Shown here in pieces: positions 39,893 through 50,491 of a stretch of 64,000 bases of DNA. A model generated the notes under the pieces. The model did not search any database. It was not told where the DNA came from and worked only from the letters and a program-made list of their open reading frames with translations. A program made the position numbers and the translations under genes. Positions within the stretch are counted from its first letter, which is position 1; each line of letters begins with the position of its first letter. Source of the DNA: Gammaproteobacteria bacterium (GTDB lineage: Bacteria; Pseudomonadota; Gammaproteobacteria; Eutrophobiales; Eutrophobiaceae); the NCBI GenBank assembly GCA_965222155.1, contig CBDCTH010000012.1, positions 1,888,001 to 1,952,000 on the forward strand, in the 5' to 3' direction.

Positions 39893-40073
39893 CAGGTGCT
39901 CCGGCTAAATCGAGGTCAATACAGTGATGTTTGCCGAAAACAGGGGGGACAGATTTAAATCTGTCCCCCAACTTCCCCTGACCATAAAGGGGCATATTTT
40001 CCTGGGAGGGAGGGCGTCTCGCCCTCCACGAGGGCAGGATGCCTCCGAGCCCGGGAGTTAGCGGGAACGGCTG
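39893..40073. mobile_element. MITE family A, copy 2 (inverted), inserted within a family C repeat
   Basis: CAGGTGCTCCGGCTAA ... TTAGCGGGAACGGCTG. TSD GTTCCTCTG at 39884-39892 and 40074-40082. Carries an internal GGGGACAGATTTAAATCTGTCCCC palindrome. Confidence 0.87.
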
Positions 40074-40092
40074 GTTCCTCTGTAGCTTATGT

Positions 40093-40755
40093 TTATTTCT
40101 CAGGTGAGACATAGCGGTTGTCATGCCTGATTGTTTTTGGCACCAGTACGCGGTTCTTGATCGTGACCGGCTGGTACACGACCCTGCCCTGCTCCGGGTC
40201 ATAGCGCACTTCCACGTTGCCCTCCAGCGGAAAGTCCTTGCGGAAAGGATGTCCGATAAAACCATAGTCGGTCAGGATACGTCTCAGGTCGGGATGTCCG
40301 TCGAAAATGATGCCGAACAGGTCAAAGGCCTCCCGTTCCAGCCAGTTGGCGCTGGCCCAGATGGGGGTTACCGAAGCGATCCTGGCCGGTTGGCCGGAGA
40401 TAAAACTACGCAGCCTCAGGCGCCGGTTATGTTTTAACGACAACAGGTGATAGACCACAGCGAAGCGATCTTCGATATCCTGGGTATCGATATAGACACC
40501 CTGGCTGACCCCGCGGCTGAAACCGGTCCGGGTCGTATCCTCGGTTTCCCAGTCCGCCTTGCCGTAAGACAGGTAATCGACCCCGCACAGGTCGGATAAC
40601 TGGTTGAATGCCAGGACATCATCGTCCCTCAGGATAAGACATACTTCTGTCAGGTCAGCGGCGCTGACCTCTATGGTCACCTGGCCCGTTTCGAGCTTGT
40701 CATTGATAATTCCGGCGCCCAGACGCTCGCGCAGGTCGTTGATAAGCGTATCCAT
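40093..40755 (-). CDS. nuoC: NADH-quinone oxidoreductase subunit C
   Basis: [17 protein letters not shown] and [22 protein letters not shown]. Confidence 0.97.
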   Translation of the reverse strand: MDTLINDLRERLGAGIINDKLETGQVTIEVSAADLTEVCLILRDDDVLAFNQLSDLCGVDYLSYGKADWETEDTTRTGFSRGVSQGVYIDTQDIEDRFAVVYHLLSLKHNRRLRLRSFISGQPARIASVTPIWASANWLEREAFDLFGIIFDGHPDLRRILTDYGFIGHPFRKDFPLEGNVEVRYDPEQGRVVYQPVTIKNRVLVPKTIRHDNRYVSPEK

Positions 40756-40783
40756 AGCCGGTTAAAGGTGAAATAAAGCTATC

Positions 40784-41269
40784 CTATCTTCTGATCGTAT
40801 TGGTGCCGGTACGCTTGATCTTTTTCTGCAATTGCAACACGCCGAACAACAGGGCTTCCGCGGTGGGGGGGCAACCCGGCACATAGATATCCACCGGGAC
40901 GATTCGGTCGCAACCACGTACAACGGAGTAGGAATAATGGTAATACCCCCCTCCGTTGGCACAGGACCCCATGGAGATCACCCACTTGGGATCAGGCATC
41001 TGATCATAGACCCTGCGCAGTGCCGGCGCCATCTTGTTAACCAGCGTTCCCGCAACAATCATGACATCTGACTGCCTGGGGCTGGGACGAAAAATCACGC
41101 CGAACCGATCAAGATCATAGCGCGAAGCGCCGGCATGCATCATCTCCACTGCACAACAGGCAAGGCCGAACGTCATCGGCCACAAGGAGCCGGTCCGCGC
41201 CCAGTTCACCAGATTATCCACCGTGGTGGTAACGATACCCTCGTGGTGAATTTTTTCTTCAGGATTCAA
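40784..41269 (-). CDS. nuoB: NADH-quinone oxidoreductase subunit B
   Basis: [26 protein letters not shown] and PGCPP. Confidence 0.97.
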   Translation of the reverse strand: MNPEEKIHHEGIVTTTVDNLVNWARTGSLWPMTFGLACCAVEMMHAGASRYDLDRFGVIFRPSPRQSDVMIVAGTLVNKMAPALRRVYDQMPDPKWVISMGSCANGGGYYHYSYSVVRGCDRIVPVDIYVPGCPPTAEALLFGVLQLQKKIKRTGTNTIRR

Positions 41270-41275
41270 GTCAGC

Positions 41276-41632
41276 TTACTCCCATTCCAATGCGCCCTTA
41301 CGCCACTCATAGATGAAGCCGACGACCAGGACCGCCAGGAACAGCATCATGGCCCAGAAACCCACCATCCCTATCTCGCGCAGGGCAACCGCCCAGGGAA
41401 AGAAAAAGGCGATTTCCAGGTCAAAAATGATAAACAGGATGGCAATGAGATAATAGCGCACGTCGAATTGAATCCTGGCATCTTCGAAAACATCAAACCC
41501 GCATTCGTAAGGGGACTGTTTCGCTTCGTCGGGACTGTTTGGCCCGAGAAAATAACCGAGGATAAACAATATGCCGCCGAATCCGATTCCGACAACCAGA
41601 AAGATCAGTATTGGCAGATAATTTTCTAACAT
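41276..41632 (-). CDS. nuoA: NADH-quinone oxidoreductase subunit A
   Basis: PYECGF, FDLE and [10 protein letters not shown]. Confidence 0.97.
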   Translation of the reverse strand: MLENYLPILIFLVVGIGFGGILFILGYFLGPNSPDEAKQSPYECGFDVFEDARIQFDVRYYLIAILFIIFDLEIAFFFPWAVALREIGMVGFWAMMLFLAVLVVGFIYEWRKGALEWE

Positions 41633-41721
41633 GGGGGAATTATACCCGTATCACGGTATAAAAAAAATGTAAGATTTGACTAAATTTGTTTTCAGGCGAT
41701 TGTCATTAGTACTTGGTTCCA

Positions 41722-42327
41722 TCAATCTTGTAGTTGCTGTTTTACCCAGCAAAGAAGACGGTTATTCGCCGGCATGGCATAGTCGTGTTGGATATACAGG
41801 TCTGCCGCATTCGCCAGTTGCTCAACGTCCTCAAAGTTCCTGATGCCGCTTTCCGGATCCCGTTGTTTCAGCCATATATCAAACCTCGCATTGCTCTTGC
41901 TGGTATAGGCATTGTTGTAATTAAACGGGCCGTATAGTACCAATAACCCATTGTTTGGCAACAGCTTCCCTGCTCCGGCTATCATGGCTTTGACTGAGTC
42001 CCACCCTATGATATGTATTGTATTAGCACAAAACACGGCATCTATATTCAACTCTGGCCAGTGCGCCCGGGTCACGTCCAGCATCAGTGGCGGAGGCGTA
42101 TTGGGCAACTTTGCCTCATTCAACCATAATTCGATTCCGGCATGATTCTCCTGCAGGTCGCTGCTGCGCCAGATCAAGTGCGGCAGTTTCTCTGCGAAAT
42201 AGACAGCGTGCTGCCCGGTACCGCTGCCAATCTCCAGAATTTCCTTACTGTCAGCGAACAATACCTCAATAATCTCAAAAATTGGTTGCCGATTGTTATC
42301 ACAGGCAGCTGAATATGGTTTTATCAT
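41722..42327 (-). CDS. DUF938 family SAM-dependent methyltransferase
   Basis: LEIGSGTGQH, ANTIHI, YGPF, SNARFD and MPANN. Confidence 0.9.
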   Translation of the reverse strand: MIKPYSAACDNNRQPIFEIIEVLFADSKEILEIGSGTGQHAVYFAEKLPHLIWRSSDLQENHAGIELWLNEAKLPNTPPPLMLDVTRAHWPELNIDAVFCANTIHIIGWDSVKAMIAGAGKLLPNNGLLVLYGPFNYNNAYTSKSNARFDIWLKQRDPESGIRNFEDVEQLANAADLYIQHDYAMPANNRLLCWVKQQLQD

Positions 42328-42588
42328 TAAATTGCCTCAATATATCCAAACGCAGCATAACTGAGTCAGGAGGTGTTCTTTAAGTTGGTTCAGAAAATAC
42401 CAAAATAAACAACTTGTTGCACTTATGATTTGAAACTTCCCATTGAAAAATAATGCGATCGTTGGTATATTTCAAAGCCATATATATATCCTTAAGACTT
42501 CCTATACCCCTTAAATTCCGGACAATCATGGCATAGTTTCTGAACCAGTCAACGTAGTTAACTTCCTGTTGTTTGAAAAATTACCCGC

Positions 42589-44166
42589 ATAGACGAATCT
42601 GTTTCCAAAAATAAATCACTCGAATCCTGGATATGGGATGCCGCCTGTTCCATACGCGGGGCCAAGGATGCGCCAAAATACAAGGACTATATCCTCCCCC
42701 TCATCTTCACCAAGCGCCTGTGCGATGTCTTCGATGACGAAGTGAATCGTATTGCCGCGGAGATTGGCTCGCGGAAGAAGGCCTTCCAACTCGTTAGGGC
42801 AGACCAAAAACTTGTCCGCTTCTATCTCCCCCTTGAACCGGATGATCCCGAACAGCCAGTCTGGTCGGTCATTCGTAAGCTTTCGGATAAGATTGGTGAA
42901 GGCGTCACTACCCATATGCGGGCTATCGCTCGTGAAAATCCGCTGCTGCAAGGCATCATTAATCGCGTAGATTTCAATGCCACCACTCACGGCCAGCGCG
43001 ATCTTGACGACGACCGTCTCTCCAACCTCATTGAGGCCATCAGCACCAAACGCCTTGGGCTTGAGGACGTTGAAGCAGACATCATCGGCAAGAGTTACGA
43101 ATACCTCATCCGCAAATTCGCTGAGAACAGTGGCAAGAGCGCCGGCGAGATTTACACCCCCGGCGAAGTCAGTGAGATTATGGCCCGCGTCCTGGTGCCT
43201 GACCCAGGCACGGAAATATACGACCCGACCTGCGGTTCCGGGAGCCTTCTTATCAGGTGCGAACTTGCCATGGAAGCGAAAATGCGTGCCGCCAAACAGA
43301 CAAATATCGCTCCCGTCAAACTGTTCGGACAGGAGTATGTCCCTGAAACCTGGGCAATGGCCAACATGAACATGATCATCCATGACATGGAGGGCAAGAT
43401 TGAGATCGGCGATACCTTCAAGAACCCCAGGTTCCGCTATGAGAAAAACGGAAAGCTCCGCACATTTGATCGTGTGGTTGCCAACCCCATGTGGAACCAG
43501 AACTGGTTCGCGGAGGCCGACTACGAGAATGATGAATTAGACCGCTTCCCTGCCGGCTTCCCGGGCAAATCATCCGCCGACTGGGGCTGGTTACAGCACA
43601 TACACGCCAGCCTTAAATCCAAATCCGGAACCCAACAAGGAGGGCGCGCCGCCGTCGTCCTGGACACCGGCGCCGCTTCACGCGGCTCAGGCAATGCCGG
43701 CACAAATAAGGAGAAAGACGCCCGCCAGTGGTTTGTTGACCAGTACCTTATCGAAAGCGTCCTCTACCTGCCCGAAAACATCTTCTACAACACCACTGCC
43801 CCAGGGATCGTAATTTTTCTAAACAAGGACAAGCCTGCCTCCCGGCAAAGCAAGGTGCTGCTTGTCAACGCCAGCGAGGTTTTTGAGAAGGGCGATCCCA
43901 AGAACTTTATTCCACGCGAGGGCATAGTCCGTATCGTAGAGACGCTGACTGGGTGGAAAGAAGAAGAAAAATTCAGCCGCATCGTCGATCATGCCGAATT
44001 GAAGAAGAATGACTACAACATATCACCCAGCCGCTACATCCACACCGGCGATGCGGAGACCTACCGTCCGCTGGCAGAGATCGTTGAGGAACTGGACGTG
44101 ATTGAGGCTGAGGCAAAGGAGGCGGACAGGGCTTTGCGGGAGATTTTGGAGAGCATTGGAGTATGA
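42589..44166 (+). CDS. hsdM: Type I RM methyltransferase HsdM; canonical start codon appears lost
   Basis: The conserved SLESWIWDAACSIRGAKDAPKYKDYILPLIF lies in frame upstream of the called GTG 42742. The only start-like codons after in-frame TGA 42574 are ATT/ATA. Motifs GEIYTP, YDPTCGSG and VANPMW. Confidence 0.85.
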   Translation: MDESVSKNKSLESWIWDAACSIRGAKDAPKYKDYILPLIFTKRLCDVFDDEVNRIAAEIGSRKKAFQLVRADQKLVRFYLPLEPDDPEQPVWSVIRKLSDKIGEGVTTHMRAIARENPLLQGIINRVDFNATTHGQRDLDDDRLSNLIEAISTKRLGLEDVEADIIGKSYEYLIRKFAENSGKSAGEIYTPGEVSEIMARVLVPDPGTEIYDPTCGSGSLLIRCELAMEAKMRAAKQTNIAPVKLFGQEYVPETWAMANMNMIIHDMEGKIEIGDTFKNPRFRYEKNGKLRTFDRVVANPMWNQNWFAEADYENDELDRFPAGFPGKSSADWGWLQHIHASLKSKSGTQQGGRAAVVLDTGAASRGSGNAGTNKEKDARQWFVDQYLIESVLYLPENIFYNTTAPGIVIFLNKDKPASRQSKVLLVNASEVFEKGDPKNFIPREGIVRIVETLTGWKEEEKFSRIVDHAELKKNDYNISPSRYIHTGDAETYRPLAEIVEELDVIEAEAKEADRALREILESIGV

Positions 44167-45218
44167 GTGAAGCGAACGACATCATCAAACCAACCGACGC
44201 TCTCCTTGCGGAGTTACGTGGAATGATTGCAGAGGCCCGAGGTCAGGTCGCCCAAGTCACCAACGCCGCGCTCACCATGCTTTTCTGGAAAATCGGACAG
44301 CGCATTCACCGCGATATTCTCGGGAAGAAACGTGCGGATTACGGTAAACGGATTGTCGCCTCGCTGGGGCGACATTTAACGGCAGAGTTCGGGGCTGGTT
44401 TTGGCGAAAAAAACCTTAGGCGGATGATCCAGTTTGCCGAAGCGTTTCCCGATGAAGAGATTGTCGCTGCGCTGCGGCGACAATTAGGTTGGACTCACTT
44501 CAAGACGCTGATTCCAATCCAGGATCCATTAAAACGAAATTTCTACGCCGAGATGTGCCGTATTGAACGGTGGAGTACCCGCACACTCGCCAGTAAACTA
44601 GATTCCATGCTCTACGAGCGCACCGCCATTTCCAAAAAGCCGAAAGAAGTCGCCAAAGCCGAGCTCGCTACCCTCGGTACCGAAGACCGATTAACGCCTG
44701 ATCTCGTCTTTCGTGATCCCTACATCCTCGACTTCCTTGGCCTCAACGACCGCTACCTCGAAAAGGACCTTGAAGACGCTATCCTCCGCGAGATCGAAAC
44801 CTTCCTGCTCGAACTTGGCAATGGCTTCGCCTTCCTCGGACGCCAAACCCGCATCCAGATCGACTCCGAAGACTTCTACCTAGACCTCCTCTTCTACCAC
44901 CGCAATCTGAAACGCCTCATTGCCATTGATCTCAAACTTGGCAATTTCAAGGCCGAGTACAAAGGCCAGATGGAACTCTACCTTCGCTGGCTTGCACGCC
45001 ACGAGCAACAACCCGGCGAAGAGATGCCTTTAGGTATCATCCTCTGTGCCGGAAAGAAGGAAGAACAAATCGAACTCCTCGAACTTGGCCGCTCCGGCAT
45101 CCATGTTGCCGAATACCTGACCGCGCTGCCGTCGCGAGAACTCCTGCAACAAAAACTCCACGATGCCATCGAGATTTCACAAGCAAGACTGGAAGCGAAG
45201 AAGAGAGAAACCGAATGA
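44163..45218 (+). CDS. YhcG/DUF1016 PD-(D/E)xK nuclease-domain protein
   Basis: FWKIG, LGWTH, FRDPYILDFL, ELGNGFAF, DLLFYH and GQMELYL. Confidence 0.92.
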   Translation: MSEANDIIKPTDALLAELRGMIAEARGQVAQVTNAALTMLFWKIGQRIHRDILGKKRADYGKRIVASLGRHLTAEFGAGFGEKNLRRMIQFAEAFPDEEIVAALRRQLGWTHFKTLIPIQDPLKRNFYAEMCRIERWSTRTLASKLDSMLYERTAISKKPKEVAKAELATLGTEDRLTPDLVFRDPYILDFLGLNDRYLEKDLEDAILREIETFLLELGNGFAFLGRQTRIQIDSEDFYLDLLFYHRNLKRLIAIDLKLGNFKAEYKGQMELYLRWLARHEQQPGEEMPLGIILCAGKKEEQIELLELGRSGIHVAEYLTALPSRELLQQKLHDAIEISQARLEAKKRETE

Positions 45219-45283
45219 TTTTACTCACCAACCCTGGTCGGGCTTTCGCAAAAAGCGACTTCGGGGGCTAAATCCCGCACGTA

Positions 45284-45523
45284 GGTATGGACCGCATCAC
45301 CAAAAATCTGATCGAGTGGAAGGAAAAACTCAGCCGCATCGCCGATCACGTTGAATTGAAGAAGGGTGTTTATAACATTTCACCCAACCGCCGCATCCTT
45401 ACCGGCGTCATGGAAACGTACCGGCCGCTAGCAGAGATTATAGATGAACTAGATGTGATTGAGGCAGAGGCCAGTGAGACGGATAAAGCCTTGCGGGATA
45501 TACTGGAGGGAATTAGAGTGTGA
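45284..45523 (+). pseudogene. Diverged duplicate of the hsdM 3' end
   Basis: SRIADHVELKKGVYNISPNR...ETYRPLAEIIDELDVIEAEA aligns with HsdM SRIVDHAELKKNDYNISPSR...ETYRPLAEIVEELDVIEAEA. Confidence 0.9.
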
Positions 45524-46674
45524 GTACTTGGCAAACAAAACGACTCGGAGACGTCCTCCAACTCAATTATGGTAAGGGTCTTCCAGTAAAGAGACGCATA
45601 GAAGGGCCAATTCCTGTATATGGCTCAAACGGGGTCGTTGGGACTCACAAAGAACCGATTGTCGGTAGGCCAGGTCTCATAGTTGGAAGAAAAGGCTCAG
45701 CAGGCCAAGTCCACTATTCCAGCGGTCCGTTTTACCCCATTGATACGACTTTCTTTGTAACCCAAGACGACGTACCGGATATCGACCTTGAGTTCTTGTA
45801 TTATCTTCTTAAACACGCTGACCTGACGCGAATTGTCGGCGATGTCGGCGTTCCAGGCTTAAATCGAGAAATGGCATACATGGAGCAGGTCCATTTTCCG
45901 GCAGTGCGCTCCGAGCAGAAGAAAATCGCACACATCCTTTCGACAGTACAACGGGCTATAGAGGCACAGGAACGGTTAATTCAGACAACCACCGAACTGA
46001 AAAAAGCCCTAATGCACAAACTCTTCACCGAAGGCCTCCACAACGAACCCCACAAACAAACCGAAATCGGCACCATCCCCGAAAGCTGGGAAGTGGTGGC
46101 AGTCGGGGATATCTGCCGGAGCATCGTTCCAGGCCGCAATAAACCTAAAGTATTTAATGGCGATATTCTATGGCTCACAATACCTAACATTAAGGGTCTT
46201 GATTACATCAATGCAGATGTGGGTGGTCTCAAGATAAGTTTGGTGGAACTTGAATCCTGCGGTGGCCGCTTAATTCCAGAAGATAGTGTGATCATGTTAT
46301 GTGTTGGCGAGTTTGGAGTGTGTGCAGTTAACAACACCGAGATCGTCATCAACCAACAACTTCATGCCTTTGTCTGTTCCGAGGATATCAATCCTATCTT
46401 CTTGTGCAATCAGCTACGTTACCGGAAGCCATATATGCAGAGGATTGCCGCTATTACAACAATTCCATACCTGAATAAAAACAAATGTGAGTCTGTCCCA
46501 ATTGCACTTCCAAGTCGTGAGGAACAAAATGAGATTACTGCCAGTTTCACGATGCTAGATTCAAAGAGAGAGAACCACGTCGCTCATAGAAAGGCCCTTG
46601 CGGAACTCTTTCACAATCTCCTTCACGAGCTGATGACTGCAAAAACGCGTATCCACAGTTTGGACCTAACATGA
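45520..46674 (+). CDS. hsdS: Type I RM specificity subunit HsdS
   Basis: Two TRDs separated by EQKKIAHIL...LKKALMHKLFT...TEIGTIPESWEV; C-terminal LPSREEQNEI...LLHELMT. Confidence 0.92.
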   Translation: MSTWQTKRLGDVLQLNYGKGLPVKRRIEGPIPVYGSNGVVGTHKEPIVGRPGLIVGRKGSAGQVHYSSGPFYPIDTTFFVTQDDVPDIDLEFLYYLLKHADLTRIVGDVGVPGLNREMAYMEQVHFPAVRSEQKKIAHILSTVQRAIEAQERLIQTTTELKKALMHKLFTEGLHNEPHKQTEIGTIPESWEVVAVGDICRSIVPGRNKPKVFNGDILWLTIPNIKGLDYINADVGGLKISLVELESCGGRLIPEDSVIMLCVGEFGVCAVNNTEIVINQQLHAFVCSEDINPIFLCNQLRYRKPYMQRIAAITTIPYLNKNKCESVPIALPSREEQNEITASFTMLDSKRENHVAHRKALAELFHNLLHELMTAKTRIHSLDLT

Positions 46675-48704
46675 GAATTAAAGATATTACAGTACAGAAC
46701 TTTCGGCTCTTGGAAAACGTAGAGCTTTGTCTCGAAGATGATGTTACGTTAATCGTAGGAAGGAATAATAGTGGCAAAACATCCCTGACAGAACTATTTC
46801 GACGCTTGCTGGATGATAAATCTCCCAAATTTCGCATTGAAGACTTCTCATTAAGGAGTCATGAACATTTTTGGAAAGCGTTCAAATTATTTCAATCAAA
46901 TATGGGCGAAGATGCAGTTCGTGAAGCCTTACCCACAATCTCAATTAGCCTGACCGTCAAATTTGATGAAGATGACGAGCTTGGTACTCTTTCTGACTTT
47001 GTTATAGATCTTGATGACACCTGTAATACAACGAAAATTGTTGTCACCTACACTCTTGCTTCGGGGAAAATTGCAACTCTGTTCGACGGCCTTGATGACG
47101 ACCGCAAAGCATTTTTTCGAGCTATTCGTGAACGCGTTCCCAAGCTGTTTGTCGCGAGGATTGAAGCAGAGGACCCAACCGACACAACGAACAAGAAAGA
47201 CCTAGATAGCACAAACTTAAGTGCAGTACTTCAGTTTGGCTTTATTAACGCTCAACGTGCACTCGACAGCGCATCAAATAAAGAAAAAGCGGTCTTGGGT
47301 AAAGTTTTTGAACGTTTGTTTGCATCCGCATCTTCGGCAGAAGCTGGGGTTGAAGACCAAACTAGTGCAGATAAATTAAAGAGCGCTGTCGAAGATATGC
47401 AGGAGCAAATCGATACCGACTTTAATAGCCAATTAAACGATTTAGCACCTACGTTCGAACTATTTGGTTATCCTGGACTAGTAGATCCCCAACTTCAAAC
47501 TGAGACACTGCTTGATATCCAACAACTTCTTTCGAATTATACAACGGTAAGCTACAAAGGTCCCGTTCCAGGTGGTGTCAATCTACCAGAATCCTACAAT
47601 GGTCTAGGCGTACGGAATCTTATATATATCCTGCTGAAGCTTTATGAATTCTTTCGTGAATTTACTACCCGCCAACCAGAATCCAAAGTCCATCTCATCT
47701 TTATCGAAGAGCCCGAGGCCCATCTTCACCCACAAATGCAGGAGGTATTCATTCGGAAACTCAACGAGATCAAGACGATATTTGAAAACACCTACAAAGA
47801 CACTAGTCCGTGGCCAGTGCAGTTTGTAGTAACCACACATTCATCACATATCGCGAACGAAGCATCCTTTGATTCAATGAGATATTTTCTTACCACTCCA
47901 GTCTTGGTAGGGTCAACTATCCAGAGGACCCAAACTAGAGACCTGCGAGCGGGGCTGAGTGGTGAGGATAGCATCAATCGTGACTTCCTCCACAAATACA
48001 TGACATTGACCCGCTGTGACCTGCTATTCGCTGATGGCGCGATCTTGATTGAAGGTACTACTGAACGACTCCTGCTGCCTAAAATAATTGAGAAATTCGA
48101 TATTGAGCATGGCGTTAATCTTGGCAGCCGCTACCTGTCGATCATGGAGGTAGGAGGCGCTTATGCATATCTCTTCTACAACCTTGTGGACTTTTTGGGA
48201 TTGCGAACTCTGATCATAACGGATCTGGACTCTGTTGATGGGAACAACAACGGAGCAAAATGCAAGGTTTCAGAAGGAACTAATTCAAGTAATGTAACTA
48301 TCAATAGATGGTTTAAATCAGACGATGGTGGCAATCCGACAATTGCTGATATTCAAGCAAAGACCGACCGTGAGAAATCTACTAATACAAGACGACTTGC
48401 TTACCAAGTCCCGCACACCCCTGGTGATGCATGCGGTCGAAGTTTCGAAGATGCATTCATTTTGGCAAATCCAAACAAGTTTGAAATTACAGGGCAAATG
48501 GCTGAAGAACGGGAGACCCAAGCATGGGATAAAGCTCAGTCAATCAAAAAAACAGAATTTGCATTAACCTATGCTATTAGTGAGACCGACTGGTTTATCC
48601 CGCGCTATATACGTGAAAGCTTGTTGTGGTTAGCAAATATCGGAACCTCTGAGTCTGCGGCCAAGTCACCTGAAAAAACCGTTGAGGAACCAGACGATGG
48701 CTGA
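46671..48704 (+). CDS. OLD-family ATP-dependent endonuclease (ABC ATPase + TOPRIM), GajA-like
   Basis: IVGRNNSGKTS, FIEEPEAHLHPQMQ, VTTHSSH, ILIEGTTE and IITDLD. Confidence 0.9.
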   Translation: MRIKDITVQNFRLLENVELCLEDDVTLIVGRNNSGKTSLTELFRRLLDDKSPKFRIEDFSLRSHEHFWKAFKLFQSNMGEDAVREALPTISISLTVKFDEDDELGTLSDFVIDLDDTCNTTKIVVTYTLASGKIATLFDGLDDDRKAFFRAIRERVPKLFVARIEAEDPTDTTNKKDLDSTNLSAVLQFGFINAQRALDSASNKEKAVLGKVFERLFASASSAEAGVEDQTSADKLKSAVEDMQEQIDTDFNSQLNDLAPTFELFGYPGLVDPQLQTETLLDIQQLLSNYTTVSYKGPVPGGVNLPESYNGLGVRNLIYILLKLYEFFREFTTRQPESKVHLIFIEEPEAHLHPQMQEVFIRKLNEIKTIFENTYKDTSPWPVQFVVTTHSSHIANEASFDSMRYFLTTPVLVGSTIQRTQTRDLRAGLSGEDSINRDFLHKYMTLTRCDLLFADGAILIEGTTERLLLPKIIEKFDIEHGVNLGSRYLSIMEVGGAYAYLFYNLVDFLGLRTLIITDLDSVDGNNNGAKCKVSEGTNSSNVTINRWFKSDDGGNPTIADIQAKTDREKSTNTRRLAYQVPHTPGDACGRSFEDAFILANPNKFEITGQMAEERETQAWDKAQSIKKTEFALTYAISETDWFIPRYIRESLLWLANIGTSESAAKSPEKTVEEPDDG

Positions 48705-50433
48705 ATCAGCAGCAATGAATCCTGCAGAAGCTGCTGCACAAAATGCTCTCGATGAGATGTACCAGTGTATTCTTGAACGGCGAAACTTTCGATTGGAAGC
48801 TGGAGCTGGGGCAGGTAAGACCTATTCCCTAGTGAAAGCCCTACACCGAATTATTGACGAGGAAGGTGCTCAGTTCGTCCGGCGACGACAGAAGGTTGCC
48901 TGCATCACCTATACAAATGTCGCAACCGACGAAATAACCAGTCGCACTGATGGACATCCTGCTGTGCAAGCATCAACTATCCACTCATTTTGCTGGGGGC
49001 TATGCAAAAATTTCCAGTCAATTCTCAGACAAGAGGTCGTGAAAATCAACGGATTGAACGAAAAGATTGAAGAGTCGGGTGGAATTAGTGATCAGCGTGT
49101 TGATTACGACTTGGGACATCGGCATGTGACCGATACGGATATCCTATTACATCATGATGACGTTCTGAAGCTGATGGTCGCGTTAATGGAATACCCTAAA
49201 TTTCGACGAATACTTGCTGCGCGCTTTCCCGTCCTCTTTATCGACGAATATCAGGATACGGATAAGGCATTTGCTGAAAGTCTGATACAGAACTTTGTAG
49301 ATACGTCTACTGGTCCACTTATTGGCCTATTCGGTGACAGTTGGCAAAAGATATATCGAACGGGCGCGGGAACTATCGAGCATGATAACCTGCAATCTAT
49401 TGGTAAGGAGGCGAACTTTCGTTCAGTTCCTGATGTGGTAAACGTATTAAATAGGATTCGCCCTGAATTGCCTCAACAGGTGAATGACCCCAACGCTACC
49501 GGCACGGCCAGAGTCTATCATTCCAACAATTTCGGGGGAAATCGAAGAACTGGAGGACACTGGGCAGCAGATCTGCCAGCTGAGGACACGCACGAATACT
49601 TCAGCGCGCTTCGACAACAACTTACGACCTCCGGCTGGGATTTTTCTCCTCAGATTACGAAGATTCTGATGTTAACGCATAATGTCCTCGCAGAGGAGCA
49701 ACGCTACAGTCAGATACTTGAAGCATATGAATACAACGACTCGCTATTTAAGAAGGAAGATCCTCACATTGCATTTCTTGTGGATACCATTGAACCTGCA
49801 TGTACAGCATTTTCTGCCGGAAAGTTTGGAGAAATGTTTTCAGTAATCGGGAAAAAGTTCGGTCATCTTTCAAATGTGGCCGAGAAGCGAGCCTGGGCAA
49901 GAGATATGGAGCATTTAGTTGAACTTCGCTTATCAGGGACAATCGGGGATGTGGTCGACCTTCTAAAGGAAACCCGCAGACCACGTCTTCCCGATGCGGT
50001 TCTACGCACCGAAAACAGACCCGCAAATGCTACACAAGAAGAGATAGATGAATCATTAACTTTGAAGCAAATTGGGAGGCTTCGGCCGACTCCTTATACC
50101 GAACTGATATCAGTAGCTAAATTCATTAATGATCATACACCGTTCTCAACTAAGCACGGTGTCAAAGGTGCGGAGTTTGAAAATATATTAGTCGTCTTTG
50201 GGAGGGGCTGGAACCAGTATAACTGGAACCAATTTCTCGAGTGGTTTCCTAATAGATATCCTAACAACAAGAAAGATAGTTATATCCGGAACCGAAATCT
50301 CTTTTATGTAGTGTGTTCTCGGCCAAAGAAGAACCTTGCATTGCTATTCACGCAAGAGCTTACAGCAGATGCCCTAGAGACGCTTGAGGAGTGGTTTGGC
50401 GCAGAGAATGTTTCCCCTTTCAAACCAACCTAG
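48697..50433 (+). CDS. UvrD-like SF1 helicase, GajB-like
   Basis: AGAGAGKT, ITYTN, STIHSF, IDEYQD, GDSWQKIY, NFRS, KHGVKGAEF and LFYVVCSR; overlaps the nuclease stop codon. Confidence 0.9.
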   Translation: MAESAAMNPAEAAAQNALDEMYQCILERRNFRLEAGAGAGKTYSLVKALHRIIDEEGAQFVRRRQKVACITYTNVATDEITSRTDGHPAVQASTIHSFCWGLCKNFQSILRQEVVKINGLNEKIEESGGISDQRVDYDLGHRHVTDTDILLHHDDVLKLMVALMEYPKFRRILAARFPVLFIDEYQDTDKAFAESLIQNFVDTSTGPLIGLFGDSWQKIYRTGAGTIEHDNLQSIGKEANFRSVPDVVNVLNRIRPELPQQVNDPNATGTARVYHSNNFGGNRRTGGHWAADLPAEDTHEYFSALRQQLTTSGWDFSPQITKILMLTHNVLAEEQRYSQILEAYEYNDSLFKKEDPHIAFLVDTIEPACTAFSAGKFGEMFSVIGKKFGHLSNVAEKRAWARDMEHLVELRLSGTIGDVVDLLKETRRPRLPDAVLRTENRPANATQEEIDESLTLKQIGRLRPTPYTELISVAKFINDHTPFSTKHGVKGAEFENILVVFGRGWNQYNWNQFLEWFPNRYPNNKKDSYIRNRNLFYVVCSRPKKNLALLFTQELTADALETLEEWFGAENVSPFKPT

Positions 50434-50491
50434 TTTTTTTCAGGCCCACACCGAGAGAACACCATCGCAACTTAAACTTCTGTGAAAGATT

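Noticed and set aside
39822-40265. 147-aa ORF between nuoC and nuoD
   Set aside because: It overlaps nuoC out of frame and crosses MITE family A.
41633-42588. tRNA or integrase at the defence island boundary
   Set aside because: No cloverleaf or T-loop motif, integrase or att repeat was visible.
42616-43383. 255-aa antisense ORF (and similar long antisense ORFs such as 59977-60807 and 20605-21252)
   Set aside because: These are shadow frames opposite well-supported genes.
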